From Octopus bimaculoides (Eukaryota): DNA of 46,726 bases. Shown here piece by piece: positions 11,577-24,454 of this stretch. Under the pieces are notes generated by a model that saw only the letters and a program-made list of their open reading frames with translations, did no database searches and was not told the DNA's origin. Made by a program: the position numbers and the translations under genes. Location of the stretch: contig NC_068989.1 of NCBI RefSeq assembly GCF_001194135.2, positions 5,416,344 to 5,463,069 of the forward strand, written 5' to 3'. Each line of letters opens with the position of its first letter. Position 1 is the first letter of the stretch.

Positions 11577-12849
11577 AGGGTGAACAGTATTCAAATAAGA
11601 AAATCTGGATGCTGGTTTTCTTATACATACATTCGTACGTACATATGAAGAACAAAAGACCGCCACAAAATATGTGATGCATGAAAGCGATATGAAGCAA
11701 CCAACAATGCCGACTATGTCACATATCTGTGTCAATTTTTACGTATGTATAATCAGTGCCTTGCTTTAAATGTCATCAAAATACCTTTCTATGCAGAATG
11801 ATGTTCTGGTTTAAAAGAAGAAAGACTACTGTCTACTGCAAAAGATTTCTTGTAAAAGTAGAAGACATCTGAATATATTCTCAAATTACTGAACAAAGAT
11901 TAATGAACGTACATTCCCTCTAAAACCCAGATTGTTAATTCAACAGTGAGTCGCATTTGTCGTCACCCAACTAAATAAGATTAGCAGTCATAAGTGTGTC
12001 AGATCACAGCTTTACGACTTAAAATAAGACAATGGTGCTACCTAAATGCTACCTAACTGAATAAAAGCCGGGATGCTTACGGTTAGTAAATGTTGATCAG
12101 AGATCTGCTCAATAACTGATGATCCATGACAACAACAATAAAATCTAGTATTTAGATAACACACTAAGGGGTATGAGATCAAAAATAAGTTCACACACTA
12201 ACTGCATCTTGTGAAAAATAAAAAGAAAGTTGACTGCGAATCGATCCAGCAAAGGAACCTCCTCGACACATTCAAAATCTTCTAAGTGGGAGGAAAGCGC
12301 CCTCTGGATAGTTTTGGGCTTAACTGATGTGATTTTAGTGGATAATAAACTCGGAAGAATATGGGAAGAGACACCAGACTTGACATAAAAAACGATTTCA
12401 AAAGGAATATGAAGTGGAAAAGAATTAATCGTAGCCATTGAGAAACCCAAAGTGAAAGACCAACTGGTATGGGGAGAGCTTATCAAGTTATGACAAAGCC
12501 ATGAACATAGTCGCAATGACTGACAGTAGATAATATATAAATATATATATATATGTTTATATGTATATGTGTGAGTGTGTATGTGTGTGTGTGTATTGTA
12601 GTAGATCAACTCGATTAACTTATTTAATCCAAAAAAAAAACACTGAACATAACAATGACAGAAGACACGGAATTGTATAAATGGAAATTAAAACATTAAA
12701 AGCAACAACAAAATGCAGCGTGTAAAAGACACAACATTCCTTTCAGACTGACATATAAATGTCAAGAGAATATAATTTATTCATGAATGCAAACAAGTTT
12801 TTTATTTAGTGCTTTAAAAAAAATTTTTATTTTTATTTTTATCTTTATT

Positions 12850-12851
<2 letters not shown>

Positions 12852-12896
<45 letters not shown>
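12852..12896. repeat. Poly(T) tract, 45 nt
   Basis: Direct reading. Confidence 0.95.
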
Positions 12897-12898
<2 letters not shown>

Positions 12899-13532
12899 TG
12901 TTTCAATTCTCTTTTCTCATATCTACGATATTTCAAGTTTTGAACTGTCGGCGACATTGCGAAACATACGAGTTTATTTTTGTTATTCTTCGGATATGAG
13001 GTTGTTATGATGACATCATCGGCCTAATTAATTATTGTATGATCGAACAAACGTCGCAGTCGCAGTCGCAGTCGCTCCGCAACACCTGTTAGAAATAGCA
13101 GCTAAGTTTAACGATATCGTTTGAAAAGAACAAGCAAAAACAATAAAAATGAAACAATAATGAAATAACAACGAAACAGTTTCAATTCCAACTGAAAACT
13201 AACTTCATTTCGTCCACCAGTCGAGTTAAGAATACACCTTTCCTCGTTTATCACTGATTCATGTATCTGTATCCAAGTAACACGGTACGCTCAATTGTGA
13301 ACCATGTAACATTTGTCACGAATTGATCTGTGATAACACCGGTTGGCGATCCATCAAAGGTTCTGCTTGGACTGCAAAAGTGTAACCACAATGCTCACAA
13401 CTTGGGTTTTCGGAACGAACCTTATTTTCCCCATATGTTCTTTTATTCATTCATCCGTGATTTATTTAACTCGGTATTTATTTATGTTTTTTGGAACCAA
13501 ACGCTCGTGATAAACGAGACTAGATGATGTAT

Positions 13533-13923
13533 TTGTTGTTGCTGTTGGCACTCGTCGCTTACGACGTCGTGGGTTCCAGTTGATGCGATCAACGGAACAG
13601 CCTGCTCGGGAAATTAATGTGCAAGTGGCCGAGCACTCCACAGACACGTGTACCCTTAACGTAGTTCTCGGGGATATTCAGCGTGACACAGTGTGACAAG
13701 GCTGACCCTGTGAATTACAGGCACAACAGAAACAGGAAGTAAGAATGAGAGAAAGTTGTGGTGAAAGAGTACAACAGGGTTCGCCACCATCCCCTGCCGG
13801 AGCCTCGTGGAGCTTTAAGTGTTTTCGCTCAATAAACACTCACAACGCCTGGTCTGGGAATCGAAACCACGATCCTATGACCGCGAGTCCGCTACCCTAA
13901 CCACTGGGCCATTGCGCCTCCAC
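13533..13923 (-). mobile_element. SINE group C variant with a different middle module and a (CAA)n tail
   Basis: tRNA-like head (GGTTTCGATTCCC B-box). The 3' ~190 nt match the other C copies; the middle segment (~13720-13850) does not. Confidence 0.85.
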
Positions 13924-14450
13924 ATTTTACTTGTACTATACGTGTTATCAACACCACACACACAGTCATAATTAATTCAATGCGAGAAAATATTTGTAGC
14001 CATTCATGCTCAATGGTGAGAGCATAAAAATGTAACAGCCAACAATCGTGATTTTCAAAGTAAACCTCACTCAGTTTCTATCAAATTATTAGTGAAGCTG
14101 TTTATATAAACCTGAATAATTTATTTTCTCAGCAATTTTTCTATGCCACAAGCGAAAGACAAAAAGACTTTTCAGAAGTAATCATGCTATTGTTTGTTTC
14201 TTTTATACAGACCTAGTGCATTCAAAAACGCCTTCAATGTATCGTATCTGTGTTTAGTTGTTGTGATGTTATTTAAAAGTGATTAGCTACTATTTCAAGA
14301 AGATTACGTGGCTGTGTAGAGGCCCCACGTTTCTTCCGGTAGTCTGAATCTTATCTCTTTCGTTCGCTAAGTAAATTTATTAGATTTTCTTCTACTCAGA
14401 GCATTATTATCTGTTTTTTTCTTTTTCTTGTTTTAGTCCTTTTGAGGCAC

Positions 14451-14515
14451 ACAGTATTTTGGTATGTGTAGCCAATACAGTGTTTTGGTACAGTGTTTTG
14501 GTATGTGTAGCCAAT
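14451..14515. repeat. Compound local duplication (26+13+26 nt)
   Basis: acagt(a/g)ttttggtatgtgtagccaat twice, separated by acagtgttttggt. Confidence 0.9.
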
Positions 14516-14625
14516 AAGACCAAAATGTGTTTTCTGTTGAGACTGAAATCGATGGGAGCATTTAGAAAACAAAGTATAAAGTGCCCCAAACTCTTTCATT
14601 AGTATGTAAAACTATATACATTATA

Positions 14626-15033
14626 GGCGCGAGCGTGGTTGTGTGGTAAGAAGCTTGCTTACCAACCACATGGTTGCGGTTTCAGTCCCACTGTGTGGCA
14701 TCTTGGGCAAGTGTCTTCTACTGTAGCCTCGGGCCGACCAAAGCCTTGTGAATGGATTTGATAGACGGAAACTGAAAGAAACCCATCGTATGTATATATA
14801 TGTATGTATGTATGTATATATGTATATATTTGTGTGTCTGTGTTTGTCTCCCTACCATCACTTGACAACCGATGTTGGCGTATTTACGTCCCCGCAAACT
14901 TAGCGGTTCGACGAAAGAGACCGATAGAATAAGTACTAGGCTTACAAAGAATAAGTCCTGAGATCGATTTACTCGATTACAGGCGGTGCTCCAGCATAGC
15001 CGCAGTCAAAAGTCTGAAACAAGTAACAGAATA
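14626..15033 (+). mobile_element. SINE group B, full length, with internal (TA/TG)n tract
   Basis: tRNA-like head, CORE-like cttgggcaagtgtctt, internal microsatellite (~14790-14830), and 3' half ending ...ctgaaacaagtaacagaat. Confidence 0.9.
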
Positions 15034-15198
15034 TTCTGTTACGATTTTATTATATTGCTAACATTTTAATAAATCCCAATACACGACGCTACTTTTCGAA
15101 TCAGAACGAAGAGTATATGAATGGATTTGAACACACCGTCCCTATGACCGACGTTCAATAGCTTCCCCACTGAAGAGTATATTCTAAAAACATATCGC

Positions 15199-15590
<392 letters not shown>

Positions 15591-15860
15591 AGTATAACAT
15601 TCTTATTTATCGGTCATTTGTTTTACGAATAATATAAATGTTTTACATATAATAGATAATATCTTTCGTATAATTGTATAGCTTAAATGTTATGTACGAA
15701 GATCACAACAGAATAATATTATAGATATTAATCATTGATTAATGTTGTTTTTCTTCTCACAGTTTATACGCCAAGTATTAAGTATGTTGACACGATAATT
15801 GCTTTTCATGTGACTGGTCTATCTGGGTTATCAATTCTGTAAAAAATTGTTTCTCTGTAC

Positions 15861-15925
15861 CAGTGGTTCTCAACCATGGCTCATATGACACCGGGGGTTT
15901 CACATAAGATTTTTTGGGTGGCCAC
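15861..15925. mobile_element. Truncated hAT MITE end, same family as 43695-43931
   Basis: CAGTGGTTCTCAACCA terminus. The following ~35 nt align with the reverse complement of 43885-43931. Confidence 0.7.
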
Positions 15926-16043
15926 GCAAGCAGAATAGTAGACTGAGGACACCGAGTATGTTTGTGTGGACATACGTAATTCAGTCCTTGTATTGAATTT
16001 CTAGTGAATTTTTCAATATACAATAGAGTACATATGTATGGGC

Positions 16044-16101
<58 letters not shown>

Positions 16102-17626
16102 GTGTGTGTGTGAGTATGTTTGTGCGTGTGCGAATGTATGTACACACCCTGTTTCCTGTATAGATTTCCTGTGTGATATCAATACTTGAATTACATATGC
16201 ATATTACGCAAATTTGAAAGAGAGTTCGCATTATATATATGTATGTCAATATGTGTGTGTATGTATATATATGTATATGTATGTGTGTATGTATGTATGT
16301 ATGTATGTATGTATGTATGTATGTATGTATATATATATATATATNNNNNNNNNNNNNNNNNNNNNNNNNNNNNNNNNNNNNNNNNNNNNNNNNNNNNNNN
16401 NNNNNNNNNNNNNNNNNNNNNNNNNNNNNNNNNNNNNNNNNNNNNNNNNNNNNNNNNNNNNNNNNNNNNNNNNNNNNNNNNNNNNNNNNNNNNNNNNNNN
16501 NNNNNNNNNNNNNNNNNNNNNNNNNNNNNNNNNNNNNNNNNNNNNNNNNNNNNNNNNNNNNNNNNNNNNNNNNNNNNNNNNNNNNNNNNNNNNNNNNNNN
16601 NNNNNNNNNNNNNNNNNNNNNNNNNNNNNNNNNNNNNNNNNNNNNNNNNNNNNNNNNNNNNNNNNNNNNNNNNNNNNNNNNNNNNNNNNNNNNNNNNNNN
16701 NNNNNNNNNNNNNNNNNNNNNNNNNNNNNNNNNNNNNNNNNNNNNNNNNNNNNNNNNNNNNNNNNNNNNNNNNNNNNNNNNNNNNNNNNNNNNNNATATA
16801 TATATATATATATATACATGCACGTACGCACACACGCACCTATATCCCTTCGTACATATGGTTGGAATGTGGGAAGTCGGACGCAATTGTAGAGGTCTCT
16901 ACTTGTTTATACATCTGCTTTCTGATGTCAAATTAACACAGCTGCTGCAAAAACCTCTTTCAATGTTATGTAAGTATTCGTGTATACAAGTGGCTGTTGA
17001 CAGATATAAATCCTTGCCGGGGCTGGCGATTCCCTTCGACTTTTATGGAGGCGACGATGGAAGGGTTATTGGGATCAATGAACTCGTAGCAACGAATAAA
17101 GTAACCGTATGGTTAAATATCTGGCTTGCTTGTGCACCAACGACAGTTGTTGCCAGTGCAGGGTGTTTTCGTAAATGGATATGATATACAGAGCGTTAGC
17201 TTCAGGAGCTGCCTGCCTTTTCCCCCCTGATGTTTGAATTAAAGCTTCGTGTTATATAGCACTTTTCTAAATTTTTATGGGCTAGTACATATCTCGGAGT
17301 AGCATCAATGAACATCCCTCCTTGGAATTTGTTCTAGTCATGCTAAGAGTTTTTATTATCGTTCCAATGTGTTCCAGAATAGGGTCCGAATGATGGGGTT
17401 ATATCGAAGTTTAGAAATACACGATGAAAGTGTGTACTTTTATCTGTAATGATGCTTGTGTGTGGGTAAATGTGTGTACATGTGTACCAACAAATTTCCC
17501 CTTCTTGGTAGGTGCCTTCCGAGCCCTGTATTCTAAAGTATCGTGGTGTGTGAGCGTGCATTACACTATCACATACACGATGTGAACGGGGACATGTATC
17601 TTTGAAAATACGCGCGCGCACACATA

Positions 17627-17669
<43 letters not shown>

Positions 17670-17752
17670 TCACTCACACTCACACATTAAATAAAAATAG
17701 CTGGTTTTTACTTTTGAATGAATTTAGATTAACTAATTTTAAAAATCACTAG

Positions 17753-17805
17753 TTATGTCGTGCTGAAGAGTCCAGAATGAGGATGAAATGGTACTACCCA
17801 CAGCT
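17753..17805 (+). ncRNA. Decayed hammerhead-ribozyme-like motif
   Basis: CTGAAGA-G-TCC-agaatga-GGA-T-GAAA-TGGTA. Reverting two apparent CpG>TpG changes gives GGACGAAACGGTA. Stem I is poor. Confidence 0.45.
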
Positions 17806-18015
17806 ATAATTGACACAGGTCACACTTTTCCATTATTCAGATAGCTTCCAGTCCTTCGCGTCAGCTAACTATTTCTTAACTACAAATTTAATCTTTATAC
17901 TCTCCAAGGTCGTTAACTGATTACCAACACATTGAGCTGTTCCTGAAGAAAAGAAACATAGAAATCGTCAAATTTAGCCTGGACACCATGTCTGTGTATG
18001 TATGTATGTATGTAT

Positions 18016-18157
18016 GTCAATCTTCTGCGTATCACAGGCCTTTAATGAGGACTTGACACAGTCCTTAAATCGCAGCCTTGGTTTCTGCCGGGATCTCTTT
18101 CCATTCACAAATTCCCCATTATAGCATCTGCTTAGGGATCCTGCTATCCTTCATTCT
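18016..18157 (-). mobile_element. RTE-clade LINE fragment, inverted 5' part
   Basis: Minus strand: RMKDSRIPKQML, frameshift, then GEFVNGKRSRQKPRLRFKDCVKSSLKACDTQKID, typical of the RTE post-RT region. Confidence 0.88.
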
Positions 18158-18457
18158 GAGAGAGTAATGCCTGTCATAGCCACAGATGGAGGTAGTAGGT
18201 TAAGAAGGGGGTCGACACTTTTGAGAGAGCACGTATCCAGCATGAAGAACTTAAGCGTGCTGCTCGAAAGCACACCGCTGGTGTTGGGAATGGGGAAAGC
18301 TTGGTTTGCAATGTTTGCAGTCGTGTATGCTTGTCAAGAGCAGGGCTCATTAGCCACCAACGGAGCCGCAAATTAAAAATATAAGTTAGTCCTTGAGCGC
18401 ACAATGTTCCTCAAGGTCAGCAATGGTCTTCCTCGGTCACGAGTGGACGGCCATCAT
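18158..18457 (+). mobile_element. RTE-clade LINE 3' end (sense part) with C-terminal C2H2-like motif and short 3' UTR
   Basis: Plus strand: ESNACHSHRWR**VKKGVDTFERARIQHEELKRAARK...CNVCSRVCLSRAGLISHQRS. The 3' end reads cctcggtcacgagtggacggccatcat. Confidence 0.88.
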
Positions 18458-18955
18458 TATGTGTGTGCGTGTGTGTGCATAGATCCCCCTGAAACTTCGT
18501 AAATTGTGATTTTCATATTTTAGGTAATTTTACCGTATTACTCTTCTCCTCTGCATCAAGTCCTTTTCTCACTGTTTTCTGCAAGTATTTAGTTAGTAAC
18601 ATCCTACACCACCCCCCACACACACACCACACGCGCGCGTTTAAAATGTATATAATGTGCTTTTAAGCGCCTTAGTATTTCATATTTTCCGTTTTTAAGA
18701 CATAGATAAACCAATTACTTGTAGTTTTCTGCATTCTCTTACATAATTCCACGCATATACAATGATGGGCTACAAATATGAACGTTTAGTCAGTGTAAGA
18801 ACCAGCAGGTTTCCCCAAAATTCACCGTGGTATCGTTTTTCTTCTTTATCTTTACAGCAGGTATTTGCATCTGCTGAGCAGCTGATCGACACGGCAATGC
18901 AGTACTTATATAATGCATTTATGTCGACGTACACATGTGTATGCGTACATGTATG

Positions 18956-19009
<54 letters not shown>

Positions 19010-20025
19010 TACATATGCGTGTGTGTGAAGGTAAAAGCATTTATGCATACATGCGTGTAAATATTCGCAAATGAATGCAATATATTTGCATCTATGCATG
19101 TCTGTATGTATGTATGCATGTCTGTATGTATGTATGCATGTACGTATGTTTGTATGTATGTGTGTGCCCGTGCGTCCGTTTGTCTGCGTGCATGCTTTTG
19201 TGTGTGTATGTGCATGCGTGTGTGTGCGTGCGTGTGTATGTACGTGTGTGAGTACGTGTGTGTGTGTCTATGTGCGAAAACATGGGTTTTATTGAATGTT
19301 TGGATTTTTGCTGTGTTTTAGAAATACGTGCATACATACATACACACACGCACACACACACATATATATGTGTGTGTTTGTATATATATATATATATATA
19401 TATAAAATTACAGGTAAAAACTCAATTAAAATCAAATTATAAAAAATAAAAATTAAATTGAGCTTTACAGAGTAAAAAATATATATAAATATATAAATAT
19501 ATATATATATAGATAGATAGATAAATTGATATATATATANNNNNNNNNNNNNNNNNNNNNNNNNNNNNNNNNNNNNNNNNNNNNNNNNNNNNNNNNNNNN
19601 NNNNNNNNNNNNNNNNNNNNNNNNNNNNNNNNNNNNNNNNNNNNNNNNNNNNNNNNNNNNNNNNNNNNNNNNNNNNNNNNNNNNNNNNNNNNNNNNNNNN
19701 NNNNNNNNNNNNNNNNNNNNNNNNNNNNNNNNNNNNNNNNNNNNNNNNNATATATAGACATACATATAAATAAATAAATATATATGTCTATGTATATCTA
19801 TAGTATACATACATTATATATTTATATATATATATGCATAGCTATACATATGTATGTGCATGTGTGCGCGCGCGCGTGTGTGTATGTCTGAGCGATTTGT
19901 TTCGGCTCTGAGGAAGATAGCATTAAGCTGGTGGTTCGCTATATTTTCAGTCGATCAATCGATTGATCGATAAACTTGAAGCATGAACGCACCCAAGTGC
20001 CTATCATTTGAAACAGCTGTAAACA

Positions 20026-20060
<35 letters not shown>

Positions 20061-21190
20061 ATAGGTAACTAAATAAATGTATATGAACCATTTATTTTCT
20101 GTGTATTTTCGTAGAACCATGACATCCTAACTATGTAACGCAACCATGGATTTAAAATCTGATTGGCAATGAACTTCGTGTTCGGCTTTCGACTTCGGAT
20201 TAGCCGGACTACAATGCAGGTCATAAGACTCTTTTGTTAGTCCGGTGTATTTTTTATCTGCAGACAGCTTAAGAAGTACTTTGCCTGGATTACTAATTCC
20301 TTGATAATCTCTCGTTGTTTTGATATACATACGTACATACATACATACATGCATGCATACATACATGTATACATACATACATGCATACATACATACAGAC
20401 ATACATAGTTGCATACTTACATAATGCATATATACATATATGCATACATACATGCATGTATACATACATGCATGCATACATACAAACTTGCATACATACA
20501 CGCATACATACATGCATACATGCGTAAGTTCACACACACACACACACACACACACAAGGCATTGGTCGGTCCAGAGCTATTGTAGAAGTTACTTGTCTAA
20601 GCTTTTATGCAGTACGACAGAACCAAAACTGTGTATTTCTTAAGCGAGCATCTTAATTACACACCGGCGCCTGCATCTACATCAGAGAATTTCTCATTAG
20701 TTCGGCAAAGATGCTTTCTTGCTTTCACTTATATTTACCATTGTGTTAACATCTGCTGGGCAACCGGCTTCCATTGTTTCCATGTTTGTAATTTCTTCCA
20801 CTGCCCCTGATCCTAATATATATATATGTATATATGCATTATGTATCTGTGCATGTGTGTGTGTGTATTTAGTTTTAGTTAATACCCAACTGGACTCATA
20901 TCTCTTTTTCTCATAAGGATAACTATAAATCTCCTAGATCCTATTCTTCTATTTCCTTTCTCAAGTCCTTTGTAAAAAGTTTGTTTATACTTCTTGCACT
21001 GAAGAGTCCAGTGATATATAATTAATTAATTTAATTTAATTATTTAATTAATTCAATTCCATCATGAATTTGCATGATTTTTATATCGCTGTACGAAACG
21101 ATCGTCTGCATGAATTAACATTCTCTTATATATTTTAACATCTTCTCTTCTCCATTTTAACAAAATTGTTGAGTCTTTTTNNNNNNNNNN

Positions 21191-21231
<41 letters not shown>

Positions 21232-21852
21232 GTACGTATGTATATATGCACGTATGTGTCTGCATATATGGATGCACATGCAAATGAACGCGTTTCTCTT
21301 CATTCCTCTGACTTCGTTCTGCGAAGATGGGTTTCGCTGCCGATCTGTAAACAAATTTTCATCGCTGGAATGTTGATAAGAAAAACAGGAAAAAACCGTT
21401 ACATGAAAACCCTTGCATATTCTCTCTGTCTGACTTGCAGAACGAATTTGACGAGCGCATGTTAGTCATGTTACATCCATGTCTAAAATCTCAGCAAACT
21501 GGGACGTTAAACAGAGATATTCAGATATTCTGTAATATAAACAAATGCGCCAATAATTTCGGGTACAAATGTGAGTTTGTGGTCTGTATTAGGAAGCTGT
21601 AGATTTCTAAGTAGCTTTCAACAAATATATTTTTGGTCGTTGTTGATAAAGGAAATGTCGTCGGACTGTCTTTGTTTTGTTTTGTAATCACAACACTCCC
21701 AAAACAAGAGAGTTGTGATTATATTTTGGTGGAAGTTCACACAGACGGTAATGTTCTATCAAAATTCTTGTTGGAATTTATAAATAACCATAACAGCAGA
21801 AATATACATACACACGCGCCCGCACACACACACACACACACACACACACATT

Positions 21853-21892
<40 letters not shown>

Positions 21893-21932
21893 CGTGTGTG
21901 TGTGTGTGTGTGTGTGTCTATTTTGATTTAGA

Positions 21933-21977
21933 TTTTGTCTTGAGGGGTTCGAAAAACGAACGAAACCGCTAATAAAG
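21933..21977 (+). ncRNA. Decayed hammerhead-ribozyme-like motif
   Basis: TTTTGT-CTTGAGGG-GTTCG-aaaaa-CGAAC-GAAAC-CGCT-A-ATAAAG. Stems I and II are intact; the CUGANGA core is mutated. Confidence 0.4.
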
Positions 21978-22341
21978 GATTATCCNNNNNNNNNNNNNNN
22001 NNNNNNNNNNNNNNNNNNNNNNNNNNNNNNNNNNNNNNNNNNNNNNNNNNNNNNNNNNNNNNNNNNNNNNNNNNNNNNNNNNNNNNNNNNNNNNNNNNNN
22101 NNNNNNNNNNNNNNNNNNNNNNNNNNNNNNNNNNNNNNNNNNNNNNNNNNNNNNNNNNNNNNNNNNNNNNNNNNNNNNNNNNNNNNNNNNNNNNNNNNNN
22201 NNNNNNNNNNNNNNNNNNNNNNNNNNNNNNNNNNNNNNNNNNNNNNNNNNNNNNNNNNNNNNNNNNNNNNNNNNNNNNNNNNNNNNNNNNNNNNNNNNNN
22301 NNNNNNNNNNNNNNNNNNNNNNNNNNNNNNNNNNNNNNNNN

Positions 22342-22960
22342 TATTATTATTATTATTATTATCATTATTGTTATTTTTGTTTCTGTTTAGAACGTTATGT
22401 TTTTGTAATGCCTTGGTGACATTTTAGATCGGTTGGTCATCCCATGTGTAAAATCTCCCACACTGATATGACATAATCGACTTTTCTATCATATTTTGTG
22501 GTGTTTTATTAAAGCTCTTTTACTCAATGAATTTCTATGTTGTTTCTTAATCTCCATTTGTAATTTAGAAAGCACAGTTTTTGTCTTAAACATTCCTCGA
22601 CATATTCTTTCGCTCCTTCCATTAAAAGTCTTTGCTCGTCAATCACTCGGTTGTTGCACTAACAGTATATCTTCGTTGTGACTTTCCTTCTAGTTCTTTC
22701 AAGATTAATGCTCTGATGAACTTTCTGATTTCGTGCCCTCCATTAAGACCTTTAACCGTGTCTTTCTTCTCGGGCATATCGTTTCTCTGTTGAACTTCCA
22801 TTTTATCTCAATTCCTTTTATTCTGATAGATTCTTTCCTCGAACTGCTGACCTCTGGAACATGCTCCCATCATTTTATTTTCATCTGGTCTATGATATTC
22901 AATCCTTTAAGCTTTCAGCCAATCGATATCTTTTGAATGTGAAAGTTCCTCCTTATTTTT
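22342..22960 (-). mobile_element. Decayed non-LTR retrotransposon 3' fragment with (TAA)n tail, possibly R4/Dong-like
   Basis: A-rich minus strand ending in (AAT)n. YAREERHG*RS (22756-22781) resembles the YxxRxxGGRGL post-RT motif. Many stops. Confidence 0.4.
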
Positions 22961-23703
22961 CTCTGTAATCCCTTAAGCTACATCGTATCAGGCCTTGTCT
23001 GAGACAAAATCGTATAAAAGAAAAAAATCTGGATGAAATTGTTTAAACTGCTTCTGTACAGCTTAAGCATAATGTTTAAGCTAGTAAGAAGCTTCTATCT
23101 TTTTCTTCCTAAATGAGTTCTCATTCATCAAAGATTATGGCAAACCGTATTCAAAACGAATCATCAGCTGATAGAATGAAGTCTATGCTTCGCTGAAAAG
23201 GTTTTTATGCAGAAATATGTCCTGAGTTATCTCCCGTACTTGGCGGAAGGAGTAAATAGCCCGACTCATTTGCATAATTATTTTTTATTGGCTTTTTAAT
23301 GCTCATTGCATTAAATATGTTAACATTAGCTTATCTATTGCTTTTTCTTAGAATGGCGTCTCTGAGAAACTTAGCTTTTAAAAATATGTTAATGTCTATT
23401 CTAACTAGTATACCATACAGAACAATTACTTTGTGACCTCTCATCTCTACTTCGGAAAGTATGGTGATGTCTTTGGTGTGCTGATGTCATAATAAACCGG
23501 AAAAATAGTCAGTTTTTTTCTCACGCTGTCGAATAATAAAAATGATATTAATGTTTAACTATTCTTCAACGCGTAACTTTTTCTAATGTGCTTTTTAATG
23601 CACACTGCATTAAATAGGTTAACGATAACTTTATTACGCCAAACAAATTAGCATGGAATTTAGCCTTTTATAATTCTTATACATACATACACATACATGC
23701 ACG

Positions 23704-23769
<66 letters not shown>

Positions 23770-24112
23770 ATACAAATAATATGTGAGTATATGCATATAT
23801 ACGTACATGTTTGCACATGCCTACATCTAAATGTATATATAGATGCATATCTGGGTACAGGACGTTACAAAAAAACGTGGACAAAATGAGAAACAGAACA
23901 TACTAGAGCTACAGACTGACCGATGCCATGTGAGTAAATTTGTGTAAATGAAAACTGTACGAAAATCCGTCGGATGAATTGCACCTACTCCGTATACGAC
24001 CAGTTTACCAAATACTGTGCCACGCTGATTGTATCTAAGGATAACATAATGGGTACATTAATTAAGGGTTTCATTAAGGGTGCGCTAATTGAGGATTAAG
24101 TTAAGAGTGCTT

Positions 24113-24193
24113 CATCATGTTTATCACCTACCTCACCCCCATCATTAACATCATCATGTTTATCACCTACCTCACCCCATCATTAACATCATC
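24113..24193. repeat. 38/39-bp tandem duplication
   Basis: catcatgtttatcacctacctcacccc(c)atcattaacat x2. Confidence 0.92.
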
Positions 24194-24454
24194 GTCCCCA
24201 CCGTCACTACTACCACCGTTACTCAAATTCTCATATAACCATGGCAATCACTCGGACGCATGATCTAACAGCTTGCGCCATGCTTTCGTTAATTGTTTCA
24301 GGCGGTTATTTAGCCGTGAGCAGACAGACGAATTCTCTGAACCCTTCAACCCTTTCTCGACCCAACAGAATATCGAGCATGTGACCATTAGAAATAAGAA
24401 AAAATGCTGGACCAGTAGTTGATTGGTACTAATTTTCATTTAAGTAGACTGGAG

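Noticed and set aside
16860-17600. Possible Penelope RT/GIY-YIG remnant on the minus strand (PCTGNNCRWC at 17134-17163)
   Set aside because: Only a C-x4-C-x2-C motif; no recognisable GIY-YIG or RT motifs, and many stops. Needs a frameshift-aware profile search.
18857-24400. Further strong plus-strand splice acceptors followed by short open frames (near 18857, 20250, 21440, 24300)
   Set aside because: No convincing donors or recognisable peptides; such acceptors are common in AT-rich DNA.
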